Of a stretch of DNA of 64,000 bases, positions 13,055 to 25,954 are shown in pieces (positions within the stretch are counted from its first letter, which is position 1; every line of letters starts with the position of its first letter). This DNA comes from Zygnema circumcarinatum SAG 698-1b. Its lineage: Eukaryota > Plantae > Zygnematophyceae. The notes beneath the pieces are model-generated. The model had not been told where the DNA came from. It worked only from the letters and a program-made list of their open reading frames with translations, and ran no database searches. The position numbers and the translations under genes are program-made. Location of the stretch: NCBI GenBank assembly GCA_037447605.1, contig CM074815.1, positions 62,001 through 126,000 of the forward strand. The letters run 5' to 3'.

Positions 13055-16000
13055 CTAGAGAGTCCTGGCAAGTGCTCGAAATTCTTGCATGCATCGTTCA
13101 AGCGATTCGCTGCGCCGCTGCAGCTCCGCCTTGGTGCTGCGCAGGCCCTCCACCGCGCCCGGAGCCACAAACAGCTCCATGAAAGACGCATCCTCGCAGG
13201 CAAACAGCTCCACTGCAATAGATATTCCAAGCTCCTCGCGGCTGCACACCAGACAGAGAAGCAGCGCCGTCGCAGAAAAATCAGCAGTGGCAACAGAGTT
13301 GTAGTGTTCCATTTATGTCTGGAATTATGGAACTTCTGGGGTTGTCATCATCACGAATGAAGCGTGGGGATTCTCACCAAGGAGTGATGAAGCCGGCGCT
13401 GAGAGTGGAAGGCACGAGACGGTGGGCCACAACCTCTCGAATTCGAGAGAATTGTTCGATCATCATGGCACAAACATCGGAGTACTCCGATTTTCCCTGA
13501 AGAAACACTTTCGGTGCTTTTCCATTGATCCAGCGATGGCTTCCATTTCCAGCAGAGGAACCCGATGCTGCAGATGACCTCTTCTTCGGAGCGGCTCCAT
13601 CCCCCACAACGGGCCCTCCCATTCCTCCATTGGAAGCTATCTGTGTGTTGAACCTCTTCAAAAATCCAAGGTTGGCGTTTGCTGCGGCTCCGTTGGCTGC
13701 CATTGTCGCAAAAGCAGAAGGTCGGCCGCTTGCAGCAGCGTATTCCTTACGGCGAGCACCTGCTCCCTCACTCACACCCTGCAAATAAACCAGGAAAATC
13801 CCTGGTGAGAGAGGGAGAGGGGGGGNNNNNNNNNNAGAGAGGAGAGGGGAGAGGGACAGGGGAGGGCAGGTAAGGGGAGGGAACGGATAGGGGAAGGGGG
13901 GAAAAAGGGGGGCAAGGAAAGGAGGAAGTGACACAAAGGAACGAGCAGCAATGAAAGAGACGGCAAGGAAGAAAGAGTGATGGACAAAGACACTCTCGAA
14001 GGGGAAAGAGAAGGAAACAGGAGAGTTTGGATTGTATGTTGTGTAGCACTCTCTCCAAATAGAATGCGGCAAGGGATGATTCAAAGAGAATTCTCTACCT
14101 GGTCGGGGGACGGCGTTTCTGGAACCGTCAAATGGCTCTCTCGTTCTCGAAAATGCTCCTGACCTTCCTCAGAAGGGCTCCCTTTTCCAGCTTGCTTTCC
14201 GAGCCCCTGAACGTTCTCTCCCTCATCACTATACCCACTTCGTGCTTGATTATTCATCGTGGGAGAACCCGCGTCCACGGAAGAATGCTCCATTCGCATA
14301 CTGACAGCTGCTCCTCCTTGAGGTCCCACAGCTGCAACTCCGTTCTCCGGATGGTAGAGGGGCTGCTGCTCTCCGAAAGGAGTGTACTGTCAATTAAAAA
14401 AGAACGACAGAATCAGGGTCGAGCTTGGAAACAGAATGCTGCAGGGTTCAGGATTCAATATCAGCATGCTCTAGTGGGGGTGAGGGCAGCAATCGTGCAC
14501 ACAGATAGAGATACATGAGCAGGCACAGTTCGACTTCCACAATCATGTCAATACAGTAAAACCCCAAAATTCGAAACAGGCAAAAACTTCTTGATTCTGC
14601 CGCGTTACCTGCAGCGGAGGAATGGCCGGCTCCCACGTGTCGGTGGGGGAGAAGGCGCTGGTCGCTGCGAGCAGGTGGTGCCTCGCTCGGTCCTTGCACT
14701 GCGAAGCGAGTTTCCTTACAAAGCGGTCGTGGGCCTTTCTCAGAGCCGTGTGGAAGGACACGTACGCGTTCAAAGTAGAGGCGGCGATTTTGCTCTGCGA
14801 TGCTCCGGGCTCGGCTGCAGGCACACACGGAAAGTCATCAGCACAGTCCCTCTTTCCTGACTTTTTTTCCTTTCGAACAGTCAAGTTTCCCGACCCTGCT
14901 TTTTGACTCCTCGTCTCACATTCCCCCTGGTCTTCTCCCTCCTCGTCCTCGTACCAAACCTCTGCTTCACCACTTCTTTCCCTCATTGTCTCTCTCTCCT
15001 ACGCCTCTCTTTCCCCGCAGTTTAGTGACGGCTAATATGCAACGACAAACCATACCTTTGTCACTTGGCCCAAAGGCCTTACTAGCCAGTGGTATTTAAC
15101 CTAGTTCATCCAGAACTTCACTCTTTACTAACCTCCGTCTCTACTCTTCCTCTCTCTCTCTCGCTTTCTCTCTCTTTCTTCTTCCTCTCTTTCTTCTCTC
15201 CCAATTAACCCTCCCTTCAACTACTCCTCCCACCACCCAACCACACCCAGCTCCAACCAGTTGCTGCTTCCCAAGGTATCTGCCATTGCACAAATACCTT
15301 CTGCCTCCATCTTGAGCCGCTGCAACGCGAGGTCGAAGAGTGAGACGAGCAGATGCGCGAGTCGGTCGCAGGCCGTGTCCAGGAGCGGCCCCAAACACTT
15401 CCTCGCCTCTGAACGCGCAATGTCGGCAGCGGCTGCAGGGGGACCCCCCTGCTTACCGGCGTGGGCAAGCAGGATGTTCGCCACCTGCTCTCAAAGGGCC
15501 ACCCGAGGAAGGGTGCTTAGGGGCCAAACTTCAAGCCCAAACAAACAAACGACCTTTTCCTATACCCACTTTAACTAGTGCTTTACATGCACGTTAGCAA
15601 TAGGAAGTTTCGATATCTATAGGAAGTATCCGCAAACCGCAAACCACCCAGGGAGTTCAACAAAGCCAGATTCAGAGCAGGTTATCAATCATACTAGGCA
15701 ATACCCAAATGGTTGAAAACAGTTTCTCAGAAGTTCCCCGACGACATCCTGTTGTGAAAGTGAAGGATCTTATGCATGAAAGCGAGAAATGCGGACTTCG
15801 TGCGAAAGTCAACAGCGCCACTCAGTGGCTAGTCAAAATTAAAATACCTTTTCTGAAGTGACTGATGGGCATTCCAGTGAGAAAGCTGCGCATCGGAATT
15901 CATCGAGCAGCCGTTCAAAGGCAGCTCCTCCATACAGTCTCAGATTCGAATGTGAAGGCTTGATATCTCCAAGTACTCCGGGCCACCTTCCCAGCCCACT

Positions 16001-19000
16001 CTCCTCCCTCTCTTCCTCTGTTGTACGACCCCACTCCCCAGGGTCTGGGTCTGCTCTTCCGTTAAGTAAAGTAACCTGCAGAAGAGATACGCCTTTATAG
16101 AATATGATTCATGCTTTGAGCTAGATAGACTCTGATGATTGTGCTGCATGGACAGGCTCTGGAGAAGACATAGAACGAAAATCCTTGTTTGTCACACAGC
16201 CGTGACGCAACGTCCACAGATCGGCAGAATCGTGGTGGGCAATGGGTATGGTATCAGGATTCCGAGTACATATACGCGTTTTAATATGCATGTCCAAGCA
16301 TATGCCTAAACACAAACGTATATGCGATGAACATTCATTCACAAGAGCATGCACACACACCAAGTACGTACACACATAGAAACACATAGAGCTGTACGCA
16401 TGTAGACATTTTTTAAAACATAAAAAATGCAAACACGTGTATGCCAGGTCCGTACATACATGCATACATACGTAGAAATGCAAACGACTCCATAAATGTA
16501 TCTAGAACATCACATCCGAACATGCTCGCATGCATGCATGTATGCATGCATGCATGTGGTGAGGCCGCATTCTGACTGACCACGTGGCTAGCCACGGCGG
16601 CGGCGTGCAGCATGGCGGCGCGGCGCAGGCCGGCGGTGTCCCCCGCGGTCTGCAGGCGGCGGTCCGCGAGGGCGAGCTCCTCCGCGACCTCCGCGCACCG
16701 CCGCTCCAACAGCGCCAAGGTGGCAGGGGCCGCCTCGCGGTACCTGCAGGGACCACACCGGGACCACACCTCGCAAACACCTCTCAATTGGGATGCTGGG
16801 GAGAGCACAGAGAGCACAGAGAGAGAGAAAGAGAGCAGAGAGGGAGAGGGAGAGGGAGAGAAAGAGCAGAGAGAAAGGGAGAGAGAGAGAGAGAGAGAGA
16901 GAGAGCAGAGAGAGAAAAAGAGAGAGCAGAGAGAAAGAGAGCGAGAGCAGAGAGAGAGAGAGAGCAGAGAGAGAAAAAGAGAGAGCAGAGAGAGAAAAAG
17001 AGAGAGCAGAGAGAGAGAGAGTAGAGAGAGAAAAGGAGAGAGCAGAGAGAGAGAGAGCAGAGAAAGAAAGAGAGCAGAGAGAGAGAGAGAGAGAGCAGAG
17101 AGCAGAGAGCAGAGAGAGAGAGAGTGGCATGCCCATGTACGAGGCACGTCGCGGCAGAGAAAGGAGCTGAGAGACTGAGAGTGGGTGAGAGACAGAAGAG
17201 GAATCCTCAGAAAGGCATAAGAAAGAGTCCCAATTCTGAATCCGCAATCACCGAAGCCGAGATCATACCTCCGCTGAAGCTCCAATTCCAGAAATTTCCG
17301 CAAATTTCCGAAACCAATTTGACTTCCAAATCGCTCTTCGTCGAATCCTCCCACGATTCCCTCACGCAACTGTTTGAGCACATCCGCGTCCACCGCCGCA
17401 ATTTGTCGCCGGAATTCGGCGTTGGACACAAGCGCTCTATCCTTTGGAAGTGCGACAAAGTACGGCCGTGTGTGCTCGCCAAGGACTCCGTTCGCACTCA
17501 GATATCGATCAACTTCCCAACGTTCAGCAAACTCCTGCGAACCCAAACAATGACATTCTACGAGTTGAAGTGGTTTTCAAATTCTCATTCTCGTTCTCAG
17601 AGCCTGGTTTATTTCCTAAATGTTTACTTTTTGGTCGCATACTGAGAGTAGAAAGCAAAGAAAGGCGGAACACAATAGGAGTTGCACCCAGAGCATTTCG
17701 TTTCTACCTTTAATCGATTGTCGAATTTGGATGCCACAATGATAGTCCTCCTTAATGTTGGATCGACTTCGCGAACAGCGTCGAGCCATAGTGAAGACAC
17801 CCACTCCACACTGCTCTGCTGAAGGAACAGAATGAGTCGGTGGGGTGGGGCTGCAAGGGCTTTCACCATATTCATGATCTCATCCGGCGTGCTCTCCGGC
17901 TCTCCTTTACGAGACTGAAAAACCCACAGAGAAGAGAGAGAGGAGAGAGAGAGTGAGAGAGAGAGTAGGGAAGACAAAGAGGCAGAGGGGAGACGGGAAG
18001 GTGACGAGAGAGGCATGAGAACATGAAAGAAGCAAATAATAGGGAGACATAGACAAAGAGCATTAGTTCAGGAACCTGACACTAGGTGAGGAAGAAGGTT
18101 AAACAATGAAGTGTTTGAAGTTTTTCGAGCAGATTTCTGCAAAGCAACTGACATCGAGAAAGAGCCTTGTACTGCGCGTACATTCAGAACAAATCCGGGG
18201 CAGTCGATGATGGTGAGATTAGGGCAATATGCGTATTCTGCACGCATGATGATCGGCTTTGAGCTCACGGCTGCTCCGCCCCCCAATTGTCGTAAGTGTG
18301 CTTCAGTGCGTTTCCTGACAGCTTCTGATACTGCCGAGGGAGGATCGATCGCAGGCCCATACTCATCCGAATCCTCTTCCTGTAATGCACACAGGAAGAG
18401 GCTTGTTTATGAAGAGAAAGGGGAAGGCGAGCAAATAGACAGCAGGGGAAGGGAGAGATGAGAGGGTGAAAGAAATTCAGGGAGTTGAGAAAGAGTTGGA
18501 CAGTGGGAGTCACATAAACTAGAGCAAAACTCAACAAAAGGTCAAGGGAGGCTTAAGCCAACTTACCGAATGAAAATAGTTGATTGCTAAGGGAACGAAT
18601 GCCGGCATAAGTGAAGAGCAGATTCAAAACAGAAAATTGAAGTTACGAAACTTCATTTCATGCTAAAGGGATCAAAACCATTTACCTGAAGACGACATCG
18701 GGGTTCGAGAGCAGAAGGATCGTGCACCATCTGCAGCATCAGGGGGCGGCGGGTCCCCATCTCCACCTCCTTCACATTGAATCTGAATCCTGCATAACGC
18801 AACGTGCAACATGCCTTCAAAATACGACTGCATTTCTGACATTCATGCAACAAATAGGTCAGAATCGCGAAATTAGACACAGAAACAGCTAAAAGAAAAA
18901 AGATTGGTGCTAAAGATTAAGCTTAAAACCTGTTTTCTCCATCTCCTACCCTCTCCCGCAGCTAGAATTGTCCAGATTCATCCTATGCAGTGTTTGACGA

Positions 19001-19885
19001 GGGGTACACTCCATCATCAATGGGGATTCATGGAGGCAGAAGGCACACTAGGTACGCTTAGTCCCCAACTTACCAAGGAGCGCCTCAAGAAGAGAGCTCT
19101 TTCCGTCAGACTGACCACCAACCGCAACAATTTCCGGAATCGGTAGCTTCTCTCCGAAAGCGACCGCACCCGCTTGCAAACGGCTGCACTTCAATTGCCG
19201 GTGTGAGAGGTGAGATAACAGCATTGCGTTTCAGAAACCAGATTGTCAAAAAAACTTCACCAGTCTTTTGCTCATTTGGCGCAGACTCATAGCAGAGGGG
19301 TGCGGGAAGGAGGGGGAGAGAGAGAAAGTGCCGCTGTTCCAGCTCCCCCATCACTCTTTCTCTTGCCCGTCTTGTTCGCTTCCCACTCACACTTCCTCAA
19401 AAAAATTATGGTAATTCCCCAAACTCATTCCTGCTCACTTCTCCGTCTCTCTCGCTCCGCCGACCGCTTTCTCTCACTCGTTATTCACCGTCTTGCTATC
19501 CTCCCGTTCGTCCCCCCCTCTGCCACTCTACCGTCTTTCGCTTTCTCATCGTTTCCACTTTTTCCCATCAGTTTCGTCTGCTTTTGCTCTCTCTCTCTCG
19601 CTCAGCCTCTCTCGCTTCCTCTCTGTGTCTCCCTCGTTAAACCTAGTTAATCAACGTTTCTCTCAAATGACTCGTCTCCGAGTGCGAGAAGAAGAAAAAT
19701 AGCCGATACGAGCTGATCATAATGAAACGCGTGAGTCTCCCTCACCTGTACGCCTCGTAGCGAGAATGCGACTCCGCATTCTCGAATATCGATTCTCCAT
19801 CGCCTGAACTGGGCTTCTTCGCAAGAGCAGCCGCCCTGTAGCGTGACTGCTCCGCATCCCCGGCCATGGCAGGAGGCGGCGCCAT
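13055..19885 (-). CDS. DRP5A: Dynamin-related protein 5A, about 13 exons
   Basis: SRYEAYSRLQAGAVAFGEKLPIPEIVAVGGQSDGKSSLLEALLG (P-loop); FRFNVKEVEMGTRRPL; CPNLTIIDCPGFVL (G3); LQQSSVEWVSSLWLD; SKFDNRLK; RPYFVALPKDR; LRLYGGAAFER; C-terminal ..FMELFVAPGAV..EFRALARTL*. Confidence 0.93.
13826..13835. other. Assembly gap (10 N); others at 40133-40142 and 42544-42553
   Basis: N runs beside G/C homopolymers or microsatellites. Confidence 0.95.
16800..17125. repeat. Degenerate (GA)n / GAGAGCA compound microsatellite in a DRP5A intron
   Basis: Directly visible purine-rich tract. Confidence 0.9.
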
Positions 19886-19987
19886 CCACAGGGACCCGGT
19901 ATCAGCGTGCGTGCCTGCCTGCCTGCCTGCAGCAGCAATGCAATGCAACGCAGTGCCGCCCTTGTCCTGCCTGCGCGCACGCTCACT

Positions 19988-20080
19988 CCCTCCCTCCCTC
20001 CCTCCCTCCCTCGCTCCCAGGACTCCCTCTCCCTCTCCCTCTCCCTCTCCCTCTCCCTCTCCCTCTCCCTCTCCCTCTCC
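19988..20080. repeat. (CCCT)n and (CTCCCT)n microsatellites 5' of DRP5A
   Basis: Directly visible. Confidence 0.9.
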
Positions 20081-20703
20081 CACGCTTTCCCACACTGAGG
20101 GCGGGACTGCGGGGGCACGGAAAGAGAAAGGGAGGGAGTCTTCGCGCGTGCGACTATACCCCATTTCCAATACCCGATTCCTTTTCAAACCTAAAACGCG
20201 GCATCCCGGCCGAGCGCCGAATCGCGTCCGTCCGTTCACCCCCGCCATCGGCGGCTGTCCGCGAGGCGGGGCCATCCGTTGGCGCAGGGCCGTACAGTGC
20301 GGTACAGTGAGAGGATGGACTAAAATGGTAGTTTCTTCCGGCTCACATTTTCGGCGTGTCACCGGAAAAACTCGGAAATCATGGTTCGTACGGCACGCTC
20401 CTTTTTTGCTTCTTAACTTTTTAAACATTTTTAGGCTGCCCGGCGGTCGGGGCGGCGGCGCGGCCTCCCGCCGTACGCGGGCGGCCTTGTACGGACGGCG
20501 CGTTTGCCGGGAGCCGACCGTTGGCCATCCGTCCGCGAGCGAGCGAGCCGTTGGCGGGCGGGGCATGAGCACGGGTGGTTCTGCATGTTGTTGTTGCCTT
20601 TGTCCTGCAGCGTACATTTGATGGCATCCCATCGCGGGATCAAATCTCCACTCGGAAAGAAAGGAATTACAGCACTGTGGTCGGACAGCATGGCTCCTTC
20701 ACT

Positions 20704-20838
20704 AGGGGGTGTCAGACTTAAAAATTGTTCGTAAGTTTGAGACCAGAACGAGTACTTCGGTGACATCGCAATCCTGATGCGGCGGAGTACTTATAAAACT
20801 TTTTTGTTCGTAAGATTTCGTTAAGTCTGACACCCCCT
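20704..20838. mobile_element. MITE, about 135 bp, with perfect terminal inverted repeats
   Basis: TAGGGGGTGTCAGACTTAA (20703-20721) is the exact reverse complement of TTAAGTCTGACACCCCCTA (20821-20839). Flanks read as a TA duplication or a 3-bp ACT duplication. A related copy lies at 58811-58907. Confidence 0.8.
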
Positions 20839-21725
20839 ACTTGAGAGGATTCTTTCGGCCAGTTCTATCACAAAGGTTGCTGCCAAATTTGCCGCCCAAT
20901 CTGTTGCATAGTATACATGCCGTATTACAAGTTTGTAACTTAACATCGTGTTGTTACTCCGTGAAAAGCTTCATTGATCTTGCACATGTAGGACGCGCGG
21001 CTTGAATGTACATGGTGTGAGCCTGCCAGATGTGGTGCAGGCACTCCTGGGAGTGTGCGGGGTGGAGGACGTTGCTGGACACACTTTGGTGGCTAACGTT
21101 AGACCTCCCCGTCCATTTGTGCGAGGCCTAAATACCTGCGTAAATACCTGCATTTGCAGGTATTTGTACCTGCAAATGCCTGCGTAGGAACGCATTGTTT
21201 GCTGTGCAAGCATCGGACAAACAAACAATGAGGCAGACTCGTAAATCGGCGAGTCATCTTATTGCCACGGACTTGATATGAGAGGCTCTGTTCAATCTAT
21301 ATCGGCTGATCCTCGGCTGCATTGCATCACTTCCACAGGCACACCCGGGTGTCGTACACATGCAACACATAAATAAATCTTCAGTTGCCATCGCAGAATA
21401 GAATCATCACATGAGATTGAAACAGACTCCATTCGTTCCTTTTGGGGTCGGCCACATCCCTCGGGTGGGTCCACACAGCTGGAGGCTCGAGCATCACGCC
21501 TGCATGAGAAGCAAAGCACGTTCGCGTGCAGCGGTGAGGAGGCAAGTCACAAGATTGAAGGTACCAACGGAACCAAACACAGAAACAGGCGCAAGACCGC
21601 AAGAAGATCAACCTTCACAAGACAAACCTATAACAGCCTCATGCGTTAATAGCAGATTGAAGCGAAACGAGAGCTGCCAGACCTCCCTCCCCCCCTCCCT
21701 CTCTTGCTTTCCTTCCCTCACTCTG

Positions 21726-21730
<5 letters not shown>

Positions 21731-21809
<79 letters not shown>
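21731..21809. repeat. (CT)n microsatellite
   Basis: Pure CT run. Confidence 0.95.
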
Positions 21810-21811
<2 letters not shown>

Positions 21812-24800
21812 GCGCGTGCGCACACACAGCTTACGTTGGCTGTGGCAGCTGCTGCTCGCGCCTCTCTCAACTTGCGAGCTCGCTCTTGCCATGACATCCC
21901 CTGCTGCATGACTACTACCTGCGCAACACAAAGTGTCAGAGACAACGAAATCAGTGCATGCAGATTCTGATGCATTTTGGCATGTGGAATCTGTCATTGA
22001 GATTCGAGCACACTCAAACGGTATGAACAGAAAACGAAATACCCCCTCATTGAAAGTATGAGATATTAAAATGGAGACATGCACATCCACCCACTCGTCA
22101 AACTGAGTCTTTAGAAGTAAAAAGATGCTCTTCAAAGTGCGTTGCAAATCGCCTTTTCCCGTTCAATAGAATCAACCTCTACTCAGCTCTACGGCCCACA
22201 GACTCCACACACGGAGGCTCCATGAAGATGCCCCCCTCCTCCTCAATACATAGCCAATTCTACTTACCGTTTCTGCAACTACAGGCGGACCACCTATCTC
22301 CTCCTTCAAGTACGTCGTATCCCCCGCCCTCTGCTTCGTCTCCTCTGCTTCGAGCACAACGGGCCGGTCCTCCTCCTCCTCCTCCTCCTCCTCTCCCACC
22401 ATCTCTCCCGCAGAGCGCTTCTCTCCTCCTCGTGACGGCCCGTCACGAGGCTCTCCATTTTCGCCATCCAAAATACTTTTGATGGCGTCACGACTACGAT
22501 CCTTTTCTGTCTTCATCGAATTTCCAGGCGGCCGATGAGGGGCAACGTTGGCACCAAAAATGGCTGATTCGTGTGCAGATGCAGTTCTAGCTTCCCTAGC
22601 GACCTGCATTCCACTCGCTATTGACAATTAGGGCCACTACTCTAAAATCCTGAAAAGCTTAGAATCCGAATTGCAGAAAGCAAATAGGGAGGAACAACAA
22701 AGTTCCTTTCTCGATCATATAGTCGAACAACCTTAAACATAGTGTCCTTCATCAAAACTTTCATCAACGTGCTCGTCTGCAGGGAGAGGACGGCTGTGGA
22801 AGGGGAGAACATGTACGCAAAATTCTTTGAAAAGACAATGTACCCAGAAAACCATTTCAAAATTCTGTGAAATGCCTGACTACTTGCCAAAATTTTCCAG
22901 AGAAAACGTCGTCGCTATGATCAACGTTTCCATTAATGCAATATATTCACAGACTCCATACCTTTGCTTGCTTCCGACAATTTCAGTCCACAAAAATGCC
23001 TTGACTCCATTGCAAGCAGCATCACTACCAAGGCTTTAAAGGTATTGGGAAGTTTCCGGGATTTCAAAACTAACCTGCCCTCGAGAAGAGATGAACGTGC
23101 TTCCCGCATTTCGAAGAAAGTCAGTGTCTTCCTTCGCGCCTGTTCCATCTGCACGCAGGTGATTTCTGTGATATCAGAAGTGCTAAATTATTTTCGCGAC
23201 GACTACTAAATAAGGGCCCCTATCTCCACCTCCCGTAACAGATTTTAACAAACTGAGAAGCCCCCAAGAAAAAGTAAATCAACTATTAAGTGGACTAAGA
23301 AAAGAATGGGGGGCGATGGGGGATGGTGGAGGGCAGTTCATCAGGCATGCCACTGCTTGACAGTCGCTTGCTAAAAGATTCGCTTGAAGGAATTGCTCAT
23401 TCTGATTGCAAACTGGATTAAGGAATAAAACCATTTGCTAGCCTGAATCCTGCGTTGGACGAGCCTTACCTCCAAAATATTCTTGTTTTGCATCATCATC
23501 CAATGGAGCGTCCTTATCAAACTCAAAGCGCTCCCATTCGGTGCTCATTCCCAACGTTGAGTCTCGAACAACTGCACACAGGAAAGTAGATTTGTTCATT
23601 CATCTCTCTCTCACATCCCACTCTCATAAAAAGCACTGCTGAATCGCCTGCAGTATAAGGGAATTTCCACCAACCTGTCTCTGAGAGCTGAAGCTTCATC
23701 TTGGCCTTTATCTTCTCAGCTGGTGTCTGCATTCCACAATCATCCGCACAAGTCGACACAGGATTATTGCAATCAGAACATCAACTAAAAGACTGTAGTG
23801 TTGCATTATGAACATATGAATCTATGCAGAAAAGGAGTATACATACTGCAAAACCCATGCAGGCCTCCGCACTCACACACAATTGAAAATGCGAAAACAT
23901 AGGAATGGAGAAAGAGGGAACAAGTGAGAAAGATGATCCGTACCATGTCATTATAACCAGAAATGTCTAGCGCATAATCCCGACCAGGCGCCTTGTCCAA
24001 AACAGATACAAACTTTTCCCTGTCGCGACTTGTATCTCTCTTTCCAGGACTTCTTCTTCCTTCTCTATCCTTTTCCCTTTCACGACTTCGACTCCTTTTC
24101 GGGGTTCGACTTCTATAGTCTCTTCTCGAACTCCTCCCCACCCCTCTCTCTCGACTACGACTTCTCCGTCTCTCTCTGCTAGGTCTTCTCATTCTTCTCC
24201 TCTCTCGGCTCAGACTTCTTTGAATCCTCCGGCTACTTGAATACTTCCTAGCATTCGGACTTCGAAGCCCACTCCTGTTAGTACTCCTGGTACTTCCTCT
24301 TCCTCTCCTTTCTCTTGCAGGGCTCCGACTTGTGTCAGATATCTCCCTCCCTCCACTTGAACTCCTATCTCTTCTCCTTGTACCTCCCCTTCTAACATCA
24401 GGAGGACTCTGACTTTTTTTCCTACCTTTGCACTTCTCGTCCTTTCTCCCTTTGCTTTCTGCACTCAAACTTCTGCTACGCTGTCGTCCTTCCTCGTGGT
24501 CAATTTTGTTTCCAGTTTCCAGTGTATCTGTATCAATTGAAACATCCTTTCCATTTCTGTGACCGTTCGTCAAATCAACTCTGCTTTCTTCCCCAGTCCT
24601 CGCTCTCGGTCGCTCCATGCTTGTGTCGCTGCTTCTCTCAGTACTCGCCTCTCTCCTCTTCCTCCCGCGGCCAGTACTCCTACTCCCTCTCCACTTTTCC
24701 TCTCTAGTTGGACTCCTACTCTCTCTCCTCTTGCTCTCTCCTATTGGACTTCTGCGCTCTCCCCTCTTCCTCTTTTTTGACGGACTTCTGCTCTCTCTCC

Positions 24801-25617
24801 CCTTCCTTTCTCTTGATGGACTTCTGCTCTCTCTCCCCTTCCTCTCTCTTGATGGACTTCTGCTCTTTCTCCGCTTCCTTTCCCTACTTAGGCTCCTGGT
24901 GCCACTCCTTATCCTCTCCCTGTTGGGGCTCCTACTTTCTCTCATGTTCCTCTCTCTTCTTGGACCCCCTCTCTCTCTCCTCTTCCTCTCTCTAGTTGGG
25001 CTCCTGCTCTCACTCCTATTTCTCGTTCGTCTGGAGCTCCAGCTCTCGCTCTTCCTCTCCCTTCTGGGGCTCCTGCTCTCTCTCGCCTTCTCTATAATTG
25101 GGCTTCTTCTCTGTCTCCTCGTCCCCTCTCTAATTGAACTCGTACTTGGACTCTCACACTCTCTCCTAGCAGTCCGCCCAAGGGCACTCCGGCTCGCAGT
25201 CCTCTTCGTTTTCCCATTTGGACTCCTGCTATCTCTCGCCTTCCGCTCCCTAATTGGACTCCTGCTTCCCTTCTTTGATCGTTCTCTTGCTTCTCGTCGC
25301 GATTGCTCTTTCAACACTGAGTTTACTTTCAAGTCTACAAGTTTCAAACCATTGTTCCCTTCTCCTTCCCTCGCCACACCTTGATGTTTTATTGAGCTAT
25401 CTTCAATAGACTTGCGCAGCTTTGCCCGAACATTATCCGCCGTGAGAGTCTTTCGAGCTTCAATTTCTTCTTCACCCTCTTCCATTACGAAGGATGACGA
25501 GCGAAACTGATCACTCGTTTCGCCATTTCCATACCCTAATCCACGCTTGAACTTTGCCGCTCCCGAGCCCTTCTGCATAATCTCCTCATAGTACGCTGCC
25601 GCTTTTGCCTCCTCCAT
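21808..25617 (-). CDS. Uncharacterised plant-conserved Arg/Ser-rich protein (putative splicing-related), about 6 exons
   Basis: N-terminal MEEAKAAAYYEEIMQKGSGAAKFKRGLGY, a long RS/RE region, then spliced exons TPAEKIKAKMKLQLSET, WERFEFDKDAPLDDD, VAREARTASAHESAIFGA and VVVMQQGMSWQERARK. These boxes resemble a plant family I recognise but cannot name. The 3' end is uncertain (possible extra intron near 21834). Confidence 0.75.
24640..25275 (-). repeat. 33-bp coding tandem repeat encoding 11-aa ESRSPxRERKx units
   Basis: Repeated ESRSPSRERKG / ESRSPTRERKR / ESRSPNRERIR in ORF 23806-25617. Confidence 0.8.
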
Positions 25618-25727
25618 GCTTTCCCTCCGTCAGCTTCCTCGACCTGCGCTCCTCCTAAGCAGCATCTCTCCCTCCCTCCCTCCCTCCCTCCCCGCTGCGC
25701 GCCGTGACTGCTGTCACGCCTGATGGC

Positions 25728-25954
25728 GTACTGTACTGTATCGCCCAAACAGCTACCGTTTCAAAAACGATACGATACGCTACAGTACTACCCGCGAAGA
25801 TATATCGTGCACGGAAATATATTCCAGTACTCCGATATTGTCGATACGGCTTGATCGGCATCCATGACCGCCCTTCCGCGAAGGCGACCCTGCGCCCACC
25901 GTACAGAAACCGTACCGTACTGTAACCGTACCGTACTGTAACCGTACCGTACGG
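25728..25954. promoter_or_regulatory. GTAC/CCGTAC cluster including a 16-bp tandem repeat (AACCGTACCGTACTGT x3) in the RS-protein/CPSF30 bidirectional promoter
   Basis: Eleven GTAC cores counted in about 230 bp. GTAC is the SBP-domain binding core. Confidence 0.55.

Noticed and set aside
16584-17247. RE-rich and SL-rich ORFs
   Set aside because: Readthrough of a GA microsatellite in a DRP5A intron.
18183-18240. DCPG instead of DTPG in the DRP5A G3 motif
   Set aside because: The DxxG consensus is intact; not evidence of inactivity.
19742-20632. 296-aa ORF extending DRP5A upstream
   Set aside because: Crosses GC-rich promoter and microsatellite; homology starts only near ATG 19885.
21002-21187. 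Short ORF ..SLPDVVQALLGVCGVEDVAG..
   Set aside because: Non-ATG start, no homology, runs into the palindrome cluster.
24617-25384. 255-aa Leu-rich plus-strand ORF resembling a membrane protein
   Set aside because: Antisense shadow of the RS-repeat exon.
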